Below, one piece after another: positions 11,501 to 23,500 of a stretch of 64,000 nucleotides of DNA. The stretch's first letter is position 1, and every line of letters starts with the position of its first letter. The notes below the pieces were generated by a model. It had not been told where the DNA came from and ran no database searches. It saw only the letters and a list, made by a program, of their open reading frames with translations. Position numbers and translations under genes: made by a program. This DNA is from Podarcis muralis (lineage: Eukaryota), in the NCBI RefSeq assembly GCF_964188315.1, contig NC_135662.1, positions 868,001 to 932,000 on the forward strand, in the 5' to 3' direction.

Positions 11501-14500
11501 CAGAGTGGTGCATGCTCTAGTTATCTCCCGCTTGGACTACTGCAATGCGCTCTACGTGGGGCTACCTTTGAAGGTGACCCGGAAACTGCAATTAATCCAG
11601 AATGCGGCCGCTAGACTGGTGACTGGGAGTGGCCGCCGGGACCACATAACACCAGTTCTGAGAGATCTGCATTGGCTCCCAGTACGTTTCCGAGCACAAT
11701 TCAAAGTGTTGGTGCTGACCTTTAAAGCCCTAAACGGCCTCGGTCCAGTATATCTGAAGGAGCGTCTCCACCCCCATCGTTCAGCCCGGACACTGAGATC
11801 CAGCGCCGAGGGCCTTCTGGCGGTTCCCTCATTGCGAGAAGTAAGGTTACAGGGAACCAGGCAGAGGGCCTTCTCGGTAGTGGCGCCCGCCCTGTGGAAC
11901 GCCCTCCCAGCAGATGTCAAAGCAATGAACAACTATTTTACTTTTAAAAGTCATCTGAAGGCAGCCCTCTTTAGGGAAGTTTTTAATGTTTGATGCTGTA
12001 CTGTTTTTAATATTCAGTTGGAAGCCGCCCAGAGTGGCTGGGGAAACCCAGCCAGATGGGCGGGGTATAAATAATAAATTATTATTATTATTATTATTAT
12101 TCAACCAACAAATCCTTAAGTCCTTCTCTCCCGCTGCCTGACCTGGTCGGCAAACGGTTTTGTGTCACGTGTCCATTTTGGCTTCTTCGTTGCTGCACAG
12201 GACCCCCCTGGTTCCTGGATCGGTGCAGGGATTGGCCTGGCCTAAGGCTGAGGAGGGGTGGGGAGGCTGCCCTGTGACTCCAGATCCTGGGTTGGAGCCC
12301 TTTGTGTGTCCGCATGGAAGGCTGACCTGGTTGTCCGGCCACAGCTGGCAGTGGCTGAGTGAGCACAGTATTACGCTTGGTGTTAAGGTTTTAGACTTAT
12401 GATAAGTTATTGTAAGTTTAAGTGAAGTCTGCTGCAACCGGATTTCTTACGGACTGTGCCAATCCTGAGTGTATTGGATTTGTGACCATTATGCTTATTT
12501 GCCTTCAGTAGCAGCAAAGCTCTGCTGGATGAAATGCAATTGCCTGATTTTACAACAAATTAGAAACACTTTATATTTTACATTTTACAGACCTGCTATA
12601 AAACCATTAAAGACCATCTTCTGGCCTCATCAACCACCTGCTCCTTTAAGATAGGACTACAACTTATTTTACTGCTGTTGGAAGGCCAATATAAACACCC
12701 CCCTTCAGCACAAAGAGATGCATTTAAACAACAAACTAGCATACAATTAAATGGGGAAATAACTCGGCAAGAAAACGCAAGCCTTCCCCTTCCTCATAGT
12801 CTATCCAGCCTGGAGCCCAGCTTAAGCAATGGTCACCAGTCCAGTACTGAGGACACTCCTCTTCCTCGCACGGCGGTGACGATCCTGGTCTCGACTTTTC
12901 CCTCTTGCAGCCTCTTCCTTCCCGGACCGTTTGCTGGGATTTCTGCTTCCAAAGCTGGAGTCGGGCAATGAGCGGACGCGAGTGGGAACCCTCACCATCC
13001 TACGCCAAATCATCAACAGTGCCCGTGAGTGGCGGAGGGGAGGGGGCTGCCTTTCCCAGGCTCCCCAGAGAAGGAGCAGCTGTGGCCAGATGCCCCCTGC
13101 ACTTCCTCAGGGGCCCTTGCAAGCTGAGCGCCCCCCGCCCAGTCCTTGGGGGCCTCCAAGCTCCCAGGCCAGGGACTTGGCCCCAGCCCCCCTGCGGCCG
13201 TTTACACTGCTGCACTTGGGTCCCCATGGTTGCTGTGTGGCTCATCCTGCGTCCGGTTTTGGCAAGGGTGGGTGAGCTTTGAGTTGGCTGCCTCTCGCCT
13301 TCTTTGAGTCCCAACCTTTTTTTGGCCATGCCCCACCTAAGCATCTCTAAAATCCTGACCCCCCCCTTCCACCGTGACATATAATTCTTCTTATTCAAAA
13401 AGTGAACTCCTGTTCACATGGAGGAAGCCTAAAGGGCCATTCACTGTTCATAACTCATTCTTGAATTGCCCCCCCCCTAAGCATCAAATTGCCCCCCTGT
13501 GGGAAACCCCAGGTCTAGACCCTGTTTGTCCTCCTTGCTGTGACTCTTTGGGGTCATTCTGTTGGCTTGTCTGAAAAGGCCTGGGCCGGGAAATGCAATC
13601 CTGCAGCAGTCTTTCCTGGTCCCTTTTTGAAAGAGAAAGGTGCGAGGCTGTTTCCAGGGTTGGGCCAATTCAGAATGAGCAAGCCAGGACTGCAGAGGGA
13701 GGGTGTTGTGGGTGCATCTCCAGCAGAAGCAGATTATCCCTATCCTCGGTTCAGCCAGGCTCCTGGGCTCTTGCTAGGACAGCCCGCTCTGAGGCCGGGA
13801 CAGAGAAGCAGCTGGGTGTCTCCGCATGAGAAGCGCTGCGTTGCCTGGCTGCCGGCCAGCACTGCCCAAATAGCCTCCGTGGCCTCGGCCACACTCCTTT
13901 CCTCCATGGGTGGCAGTCTTCAAAGCTCTGGGTTGGGGGGCAGTTGGGGGTCCCACGCTGTGCTCCCTGATCGAAGGAGCATGGAGGGCTGGATATGGGG
14001 CTGGGGTGGCAGTGGTGCAGGGCTGCCTTGCACCTGCATGGAGCTTTGGCCGGCTAAATGGCCCTTTCTGCTTGTCCCTCTTCTGCCCAGCCTCTCAGAT
14101 GGAGATTAAGAAGCCCTTCATCCTTTCTTCCATGAAGCTGCCCTTGCAGGACAACAGCAATAAGGTGAGTGGGGGACGGGACAGAAAGAGGCAGCTCTCC
14201 TCCCCTCCAGGCCTGCTCTGCTAACTTCCAGCCGGGCTCAGTGCACACCAGAAGCTTCTTGCAAGCATTTATATGCCTCCCTCAAGCCCTCTCTGCTCTG
14301 CAAGGTTCCTCTGGGTTGCCCTTTATGCCAGAGGGCCAGAGGGGGCAGTGGCGTCCCCTGTGCCCAGCCTGTGGTTTCCACTTAGAGATGCAGGGGGGGG
14401 GAGTTGCTCCTCCTGCCTAAGGCGCCCTGTGGGGCAGGAGTTTGCCCAGCCCAGTGCAGCTGCTGCCCCTGGCGACAGTCTGGATCTTGCAGAGGACATG

Positions 14501-17500
14501 GCCAGGCCAAGCCCCTCATCCATACCAGGGCTGAACGTGGCTCCCTTTCTGGGCAGGGGGCCTGGAGCTGCTGCCTAGGCCTGTTTTTCATGTAGGAAAT
14601 TCATCATCCTACTCAGGGCAGCTGCCCTGAAAGGGTCAGGGAGGCTGGAATTGTGCAACCTGATGTTTTGAAAGGCCTTTCCGTGGTCCTGGGGGAGCAC
14701 TGCCAGGGCAGCAAGAGCCCCGCTCTCTGTAGCATTCCCAAAGCAAGGAAGGATTGGACTCTGATTAATAAAATACACACAGAGGCCTGACCAGCAAGAC
14801 TCTGGGAGGGGTGCGCATAATAGTTCCTCTCCACCCCTTGGCCCAGGTCGTTTTATTCACAAAAGAACTTTTTACACAGTGTTTGTAAGAACCAATCAGA
14901 TTTCCTCTGAGCATTTCAAAAAACCCCACGTGGGGACGAAGTTAAAAGTTAAAACTACAAAGAGCTAATTTGAGCATGCATAGTAGTCCAGAGTAAATAA
15001 AATAGGGAGCAAGGAGGAATGCTTTTAGGAAACTCCAGAGGTCATAAACAAGCAGTAGACATGAGAGGAAGGATGGGTAATATTCCTGGCCCGTAAGATC
15101 TATCTAAAGATTAACAAACTACATCAAAGTAACCTACTATCTTTATGTACTGAGGATGCCTGGTGAAGCAACTGGCCTGTTTCAGAATGCTGATACGTGC
15201 CTGTCAGGCGTAGAGAAATGGGCAGTAGAGGAAAAATGGCCAGAGGTGCAGAGGCTTGTGGGATTTGATCAGAAATTATTGTCAATGACTCAAACCCAGT
15301 CAATGCAATGCTTTCATCATGGACACGATGGCTTGATGCATATTTTATAATTCCTCATAGTAATCCCATCTGATCACTACACTCTCCTCTGGAGACCTGT
15401 GTGCAGGGCAGTCCTGTGCAGCCCCCTCCCTTGAAGTCTTGGGGGGCAAGAGGAGGGGTCCCAAGGGCAGCCCACCCAGCTGGCAACTCCCTGGATGTTT
15501 TCCCGCAGGTGAAGCGGGCCGTGGTGCAACTGATCAGCGCCATGGCCCACCACGGGTACCTGGAGCAGCCAGGCGGAGAAGCCCTGATCGAGTTCCTCGT
15601 CCGGCAGTGTGCCCTCCCCACGGACCAGGTGAGGCTCTTGCAGAGGAGCAGCAGGGCCCAGGAAGGCAGCCTCAAGGCCAGGCCTCTCCACAACTCAAGA
15701 TCCGGGTCCAAGGCAGCGGCCAGCTTCTCCGGTTCAGTTTCCTTGACCTGGCCCTGGGAATTCCAGGCCCCCACAGGCCTCAGGGTTGGGTCCCCAGTCT
15801 TCCCACATCGGTTGATGGGGTGCCGAGGGTCTCAGTGAGGGTTTGTGGGACCCACCTGCCATTCCCGTGTCCACGGTGGCTTCACTTTGCAAAGGCCTTG
15901 TGAGAAGCGAAGTGGGGGTTGGGGGTTGGGGGGGGGTTGGGCTCTCTACCTATGTAACGTTGATTCTGCCCAGCCCCCCCAGCTCCCGCGGAGACATTCC
16001 CTGGAAACGGAGGACTTGACGGACGGCCACGTCCGGGACATCAGTGTGAACACGCTTTTCCTCATCAGCACCACGGTCGACAGGATGGCCGACGTGAGTT
16101 TCCCTAAGGAAAGGGCCTGATGTGGCTGCTTCCCGGGTTGCAGATCAAGGATTTCTGCCGGGCTCCACCAAGTGCTGCCAAACATCTAGCAAAGGCTGGT
16201 CACGCAGAGTCCTCTTTAAAACCAGCTGCAGAGCGGCTGTCCCATCCTGGGCTCTTGCACGGGGCAGCTATGACCAAACTGCGCTCCCTGCAGTGTGTGT
16301 GGTACAGTCCGTTGCCTGACCTGCAAAGCGTCCCAGGGATTTGGGGGCCTCCCCTTGGCTCCTGGTGGGCTGCTCCAAAGGGAGCGCAGAGAGCTTCCAA
16401 AGCGGTTCGGAGCCTGAGAAGATCAGCAGGCGCTGAGCTGTGTGTGGGTCTTGCTCTGGGCCCTGGACGCTGCACCAGCGGCTTCTGCCTTGCTTGGAGT
16501 GCTCTGGCTAGGGCCAGTTTTTGAGGCATGCGCTCATCAGTCTGCAGTGGCTGCGCTGGGGAGGTGGGGAGCCTCCCGCATCACCTGGCTTTGCCTGCCT
16601 GCTCCAGGGAGACCTGCTGCTCTGCCTCGCCAAGGCCTGCTTCTCCCTTTCCCTTGCAGGTCCTCTGGCCGTACCTCCTGGAGTTTGTGATCCCCATCCA
16701 CTTGAGCAACGCCCTGACCCCGCTCTGCAAGAGCCTCATCTTCCTGGCTGCGCAGAGGCAAGAGAAGGATGAGCCCGACTTCCAGCTCCTCTACGAAGCC
16801 GGGGGTTCGTATCCCGTTGCCCCGAGGCCGGCTGGGTGTGCCCTTGCCGGGAGCGCTGGCTCTTTGCTGAAATCTCCGCTTTCATAAAGTCAGCTTGCGC
16901 AAGCGGAAGGCAGATGTTGCCTGATTCGGGCAGATGTTGGAAATGCTGTTCTTCTGCAAACTACCTTTCTGAGGGTGGGGGGGCTGCAGCTTGAGTCCTG
17001 CACAGACCGGCTCTGATTTCTGAAGCTTCTGCGCAGGCCAGGCCCCGGGACCCAAACTCTTCCCTGCAAGGAGCCTGGCGGAGACCTTGGGGTTTTGCTG
17101 CCCCCCACGCCTGCTTTCTCCCACAGTGCGTGGACACAGGAGGTCTTGCCTTACTGTTCATTCCCCTCTTTATTTGCAGCCACGCTCCCGACCCCTCATG
17201 CTCTCCTGGCAAGGCTTCTGGTAAGTGTGAGGAGCTGGTCTGATCCATGGGTGAGAACGCCTGTGGAGCCACACTGGGTGGTGCGTTGGCAACCCTGGCA
17301 GAGATGCCCCCGTGCCCTGGAGAACGGCTCTCCCCTCCCCAGTCCAGGCGCTCTCTCCCTGTGCCCAACTGCCCTCCAGTTAGGCACGTGGCCGTCCTCA
17401 GTCCAGAAGCTGTTCTTTCCACAGGCCGGGTCCTTTGCTGTTGCAGCTGCCTGGATCTCTAGTGAATACAGGATTTAGACCAGGGGTTGGCAAGGTTTAC

Positions 17501-20500
17501 CTCGCCTGGGCCGGTTCACTCCAGCAGAGATTCCTTTGTGGGCTGGATTGTGTGTGTGTCACAGCAGTGATTTTCAGCGTCTGCATCTGCGCAGACACAA
17601 TTTTTGGTGCCGCGTTGGGCCGGTTTAACGCAGCGCATGGGGCTTGCTGAGCAGGCGGCTTGGTTCGGACGCAGCTCGTGGACCGGTTAAACAACCCCTG
17701 TGGGCGGCTCATAGGGTTGAAATGACCAGCCCCCCCTTGCCCCAGGGAGAGCCAGGGTGCTGCTCTCAGCCAAAGGCTGTGCTTGGAAGCTCCCCCCTCC
17801 CCAACTTGCAAGGGCTTTCTGCTTGTGGCTCTGGCGTGTGGCTCCAGGAAGGCCCCCTTGCAACCCCCCTTGTTCTTCTCCCTCCCAGGTCGTGTCTTCC
17901 CAGCCTTACGTGGGGGAGGGCCGTGCTGCCGCCGTCCTTCGCCTCCTGAACGTGCTCCACCTCAGCATCCACAAGGCTCTGGGGCCGCTGTGGGGCAAGC
18001 GGATCCCCGCGTTGGTGGAACACCTGGAAGGTAAAGGTGAGGAGGTGGCCGCAGAGCACCTCTCTCAGGAAGGGACCCCAGCCCTTGACTCTTCTGCCGC
18101 CCCTTTTGATCGGGAGGGGGGCACCTCCATATAGAGTGGGAGCTACGAGCCTGGCCCCAAATGCAGAGCAGCCCCTTGAGGCTCTGGTGTCCACAGGATC
18201 CTTCCAGGGAATCTGTGGCAGTAGAAGCAGCCGCTCTATAGGGGGTGCGCCAGTTGTTCAAATATGGCATGTGTTGGGTCTGCCATTTCCGTGTCAGGAG
18301 CCTGAACTGCATAGCTTTTTTGGGGGGTGTGGAGAAGACTCCCCCTTGGATGTGAAGAGAAGCCAGTCCCAGCCAGGAGGGGACGGAGCACTGAGCTTGG
18401 GGGGTCCTCAGTTATCGTGATGCAGAGTAGGAATCCTTGTGCGAATCCCCTCTCCTCTGTCTTCCAGCAAATACGAAGGCTTCTCTGTCCCAGAAGGAAT
18501 GGGAAGACCAGCTGCTCAAGGTGAGCCAGTCTCCTCCATCCTCCTCTGCGCAAGGGGCCCCTCGGAGCTGAGCAGCAATTCTTTAAAGATACGCACTTTT
18601 CAAATTTACACATTTGATTAGTTTTACCATCCATTTAAAATTCCAAAATTTGACTCCCCCCTCTTTCTGCTGTTCCTTAAATTTATTTAATATCTTCTGC
18701 AGATCCAAATTCATTTAACTTGCTCATTTAATTATTTTCCATAAATATATACTCTTATAAAACTGCAGGTTATTGCAGTAATCCTGCTAATGTTTTTATC
18801 TGTCTACTGAATATTGAATATTTACAGATAAATTGTACACAGATAAAAACAGACAGAGCTGAGCATCACTCTTGATGGTCCACCGGGAGGTTTGCTGATG
18901 CCCCTGTCCAGATGCCTCGCTCCCTCCCTCGCTCCCCCAACTCCAGCCTCTTAACCTTGGCTCTGTGACAGAGACGGGGTCCTTGGCTTCCTGGAGAGCG
19001 ACATGCCCACCTTGCTGCGCCTTGCACACCTGAGCAGCGCAATCTGATGCTTCCTCAGCTGTGGTGTGGTGGTTAAGAGCGGTGGACTCGTAATCTGGTG
19101 AACCGGGTTCACGTCTCCGCTCCTCCACCTGCAGCTGCTGGGTGACCTTGGGCCAGTCACACTTCTTTGAAGTCTCTCAGCCCCACTCACCTCACAGAGT
19201 GTTTGTTGTGGGGGAGGAAGGGAAAGGAGAATGTGAGCCGCTTTGAGACTCCTGAAAGGGAGTGAAAGGCGGGATATCAAATCCAAACTTCTTCTTCTTT
19301 CTGGGTGCCTCCCTCCCCCCCCCCCCAGTCTAGCGTGCTCAGATGAGACCCGCCTGTGGTTCTGAGGCTGCAGCCCTGGGCTTCATGCGCAGCTTCTCCC
19401 GGCACACTTGGCTTCCCTCCAGGGCTTTGGTGCTTCTGGTTCCTGCAGAGCCTGAGGGGGAGGGCAAGGGAGCTTCTGAAGGGCTGGATCAGGCCAAAGG
19501 GTCCAGCCTCTTGGTCTCACAGGGGCCCCAAAGGGAAACTCGCAAGCGGGATTCGGGCACAAGAGCAACTCTCTTCCCTCCTGCCATTTCAAGCAACTGG
19601 AGTCAAAATACTTAAATTCATTTAAAATAAATAAATCATTGATTTGGTTTTTCAGATTAAAATTTTACAGTCACATATCCGACATACAACATAGAAACAA
19701 GGCTCTAAAGACCATTTGGACTATTATAAAAGATGGAGGGGGAAATGATTAATAACAGGACCCACGAAGAGGAGGAGGAGGGAAGTCCAGGAGATTCCTT
19801 GGAATCTTGTTTTTATGTTGCATGTTTGCGATTGTAAAATTTTAATTTGAAAACCGAATAAATTTATTTTAAAAAAATAATTCTAAAGGATCTCCTGGAC
19901 TTATTCCCTCCTCCCCTTTGTGGGTCCTCTTGTTAATCATTTCCTTCTGCATCTTTTATGATAGCCCAAATCTTTTACCCCTCCATTGTCTCCAAAATAC
20001 ACCATGAAACTATAAGTGTTATTCCAATCCTACTGACGATTTTAACTGTTTACAATGGTTTTTAAGATAAATTATAAAGTTCCTTATTAAAATTTTGGTC
20101 TTCCTGATTTCTGATTCTCCCGGTGACTTTCGCCATTTCGGCATAATCCACCCACTTGATCTGCCCTTCTCTGCTTGGGGACTTTATCGAAATCCTTGGC
20201 AGTGCCCTTGGACTAATGCTCTCCCTCCATGCCAATGCCTCTGCCCGCAGTTCCTTCGACAGACCCTGGAGGCCATTTCGGACACACCTTGGACCAGTCA
20301 GCTGCTCCTGGAGATGGGCAGACAGCTGAGCAGTTACAACGGGTCTCCTCAGGAGAAGGTCTGTGGCCTGGGCTGTTTGGGGAGGGGGCGAGGAGAGAGC
20401 AGGGTCAGGATCCAACCTCCTGGCTCTTGACCTAGGCTGAGTGATTCCTGCCAGGGGGCTGTGGGATTGCTGCTCTCTTTAGGCCAGGGACTGCCCAGCT

Positions 20501-23500
20501 CCCCCTCTCTCCTTGGGGTCTGCTGTGTCCTGGGGGGCAAATTCTGGACAGTTCCCAGTGGGCAGTTGTTACAGCGGCTCTCATCCCCCTTTTTTTCTTG
20601 TGCGCCAGAACTTCCTCTACAAATGCATCGGGACGGCCCTGGCTGCTTGTCCAAACAAGGAACTGGTGCGGAAGCAACTCCAGGAGCTCCTGGAAACGGC
20701 CAGATATCAGGAGGAGGCCGAGCGAGAGGTGAGGGGGCTGGAATGGCTGCCCAAGGGGTGGGCAGAAGGAGGGCTCTGGGCGAGGAAGGGGGGCCCCTGC
20801 CTGGTCTCCTTTGCCTTCCAGCTGGCCCTGCTGCTCTCCCCTGACGCCTGGCTCTCCTCCCTTCCCTCCAGGGCCTGGCCTCCTGCCTGGGGCTGTGTGC
20901 CATCACTCACCTGGATGAAACCCTTGCCAAGCTGGAGGAGTTTGTGAAGTCGGACGTCTTCAAAAAATCTGCAGGGCTGTTCAGTATCTTCAAGGTATGA
21001 GCGTCACTAAGACACACTTTTCCCTCATGTGGGCAGCAGGCGAAAAGTTACTCTCCGAGGTGTTTGAAGAGTGTTTGGTTCCGTTACTTGAGATTCATGC
21101 CCTGTCCTGTTTATCTTTTTTAAAGGACCTGTGTGTTTGTACAATACCCAGATGGATCTATCTATGCGAGGTCTTACGTATTCTAAGCATCATTAACTTA
21201 TAACAACTGAATATCTAGAGAGAACCCTCTTTTTCGCTCCATAAGATGCACCTTACTATAAGACGCGCCTAGTTTTTAGAGGGGGGAAAGCAAGAAAAAA
21301 TTCTGCGCAGAGCATGTAAGCGGCTCTCACTTTTCTTGCTCCTGTCCATCCCTCCTCCCGCTTCTCTGTGAAGCCAGCAGAGCGAGAGCGAGAGCAGCGC
21401 AGCGGCTCTTGCTCTGCTGGCTGCACAGCAAGCGACAGACGGGAGCCATGGCTCCGGCTGCAGAGGCATCCCTCAGCTCGCAACTGCAGTGGTAGCTGAG
21501 GGATCCCTCTGCCGCCCAGTGCCTTCGCTCCCTAAGATGCACAGACATTTCCCCTGACTTTTTAGGAGGAAAAAAGTGCGTCTTATGGAGCGAAAAATAC
21601 AGTATGTATGTAAATAAATTGGACAAGATTAGCATCAATCATAAAATATAAGCGTAATAAATTGCTGCTTGAAATCTTTCCATCAGTGATACTTCCGGTC
21701 TGCTGTGGAGGACAATGGCAGTGTGCTGAGTGTCGTCCGCAACACGGAGCCGGCAGAGAGGCTTGGAGGGCAGCGCTAGAGCTCAGCGCACTGGCTTGAC
21801 CCATAACTCTCCCCCCTTCCCCCTCCAGGATCGCAGTGACAACGAGGTGGAGAAGGTGAAGAGCACCCTCATTCTGTGCTACGGCTTTGTGGCCAAGCAC
21901 GCCCCCAAGGAGCTGGTTCTGGCACGGATCGATGCCGACATCCTCCGCAACATCTTCCTCTACTTCAACACCAAGGTGAGCCTGGCTCCCCCCTCCTGTC
22001 CTGGGGTCTTGGGGTCAGGCGTGACCAGGGGGGCGGGAGGAGGGCAGCTTCAGTGGCCTCTCAGTCCTGGCCTCCTGGAGGGTTAACGCGTCTCTCCTTT
22101 ATTTTGTCCAGGTTCTGGGAATAAAAGTAGAAACCAAGGTACAGTGTCAGGCCCTTGGCTTGCACTCGCTCTGTCCTCTCGGTCTGCCTCTCTCTCTTCT
22201 CTAGTCAGCTCTTAGGAGGAAGGCTGGGGGGCAAGGCTGGGGGGCAAGGCTGGGGGGGGGCAAGGCTCCCTGCCCCGTGGCTCCCATTGGTTCAACTGGC
22301 ACAACTCAGCACCTGTGGCTGGCGCCTGTCTCTCCTGCCAAGGCCAGGATGCGCAAGCTGATGGCCACCTCCTGCCGCACAGAAGAGGGTCCCCGAATCC
22401 CACCCCTCCCCAAGCCCCCCTCTGGACAGAAAGGAACCGGTCCCTGGTTTGCCAGCTGATCCTGGAAGTGCATGCCCAGTCTGCTCAGGGCAAGCTCTTG
22501 CCTGCTGCTGCTGCTGCTGCCGCCGCCCCCTTGCAGGGCTTTGGGCAGCTGGTCCACAGGAAGGGGAAGGGCTGTGTAGCCCAGTGAGGAGAGCATCTGC
22601 CTCGCAAGCAGAGGGTTCAATCCCCCCTGGAATCTCCCGGTAGGGTTGGGAGAGACGTTTGCTTGAAGCCCTGCGGAGCCACAGCTGCCGGCCAGTGTAG
22701 GCAATACTGAGCTGAATAGACCTGTATAAGGCAGCTCTCCATGTAAAGGGCATCATAAAGGGGCTACCCACTTTCTAACTCTGCCCTCACCCCCGAGGCG
22801 AGGCTGAGGCCCCCAGTGCCCCTGGAAAGGGTGTGTGTGTGTGTGTGTTTGGGTGTGTACGCCCATTGCAAGGAGTCTCGCACTAACATTTTTCTTCTGG
22901 TCTGTCCTTTGCACTAATCTCTCTGGGGGGGGGTGTCACGCTGGGTGTTCTGAGATGCTGGCCTGGAAGCCTAGTTGGCGCTATGTCCTCCTCCCCTCAC
23001 TGGGGGGGGGGGTTTGACCTTGAGGCCCCCGGCAGCGAGGGTCCTGCAGGGGGTGGGATGGGGGCGGAGGGCACTCCTGAGCAGAAGAGCCCAGGGCAGC
23101 AGAACTAGACTTGCTTCCGAGCAGCTGGAGGTTTGGCCACGGCCCCCTTTGACCCCGGGTCCCCTGGAGCTTTCTTTCCTGGGGTCCGTCTTTGCATTCC
23201 TCTGCCACGCAGAGAAGGGCCTTGGGATGGAGCACCCCCTATTCCGGCCACGTTTCAGGGGGAGGCGGGTGCTCAGCCCCTTCCACTTTTCCTCCTGCAC
23301 TGGGCCTTCCTCTCCTGACCATGTCTGCCCCTCTGGGCCTGCAGAAGCCCCCCTGGGCGGGTGGGTGGCAGTCGACCCTCCCGCCTCCGAGCGAGAGAGG
23401 GGCTGTGAGGCTGGCTCTGGTGCCCTCAGTGCCACCCTGGACCTTTGTCCTCAGGACCTGATGCTGAAGCTGTGTCTCATCCGGAGCATCTGCCTCATCT

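Larger units (their letters stand above)
8295..12101 (+). mobile_element. Apparently full-length L2-clade LINE (5' tandem monomers, single ORF, 3' stem-loop, (ATT)n tail)
   Basis: Contains the stop-free ORF 8961-11993, a ~85-nt 3' UTR and (ATT)8 at 12078-12101. Possible short target duplication ATTCA at 8292-8296 and 12099-12103. Confidence 0.88.

Noticed and set aside
12161-12661. Possible third solo LTR (TG start near 12161, ATTAAA at 12606, ends ggactaca)
   Set aside because: No matching TSD and no second copy in the window, so it cannot be supported without a repeat library.
19057-19130. tRNA gene (also the heads at 22570, 51131 and 58590)
   Set aside because: A/B boxes are present but there is no complete cloverleaf, and each continues into a SINE body and tail.
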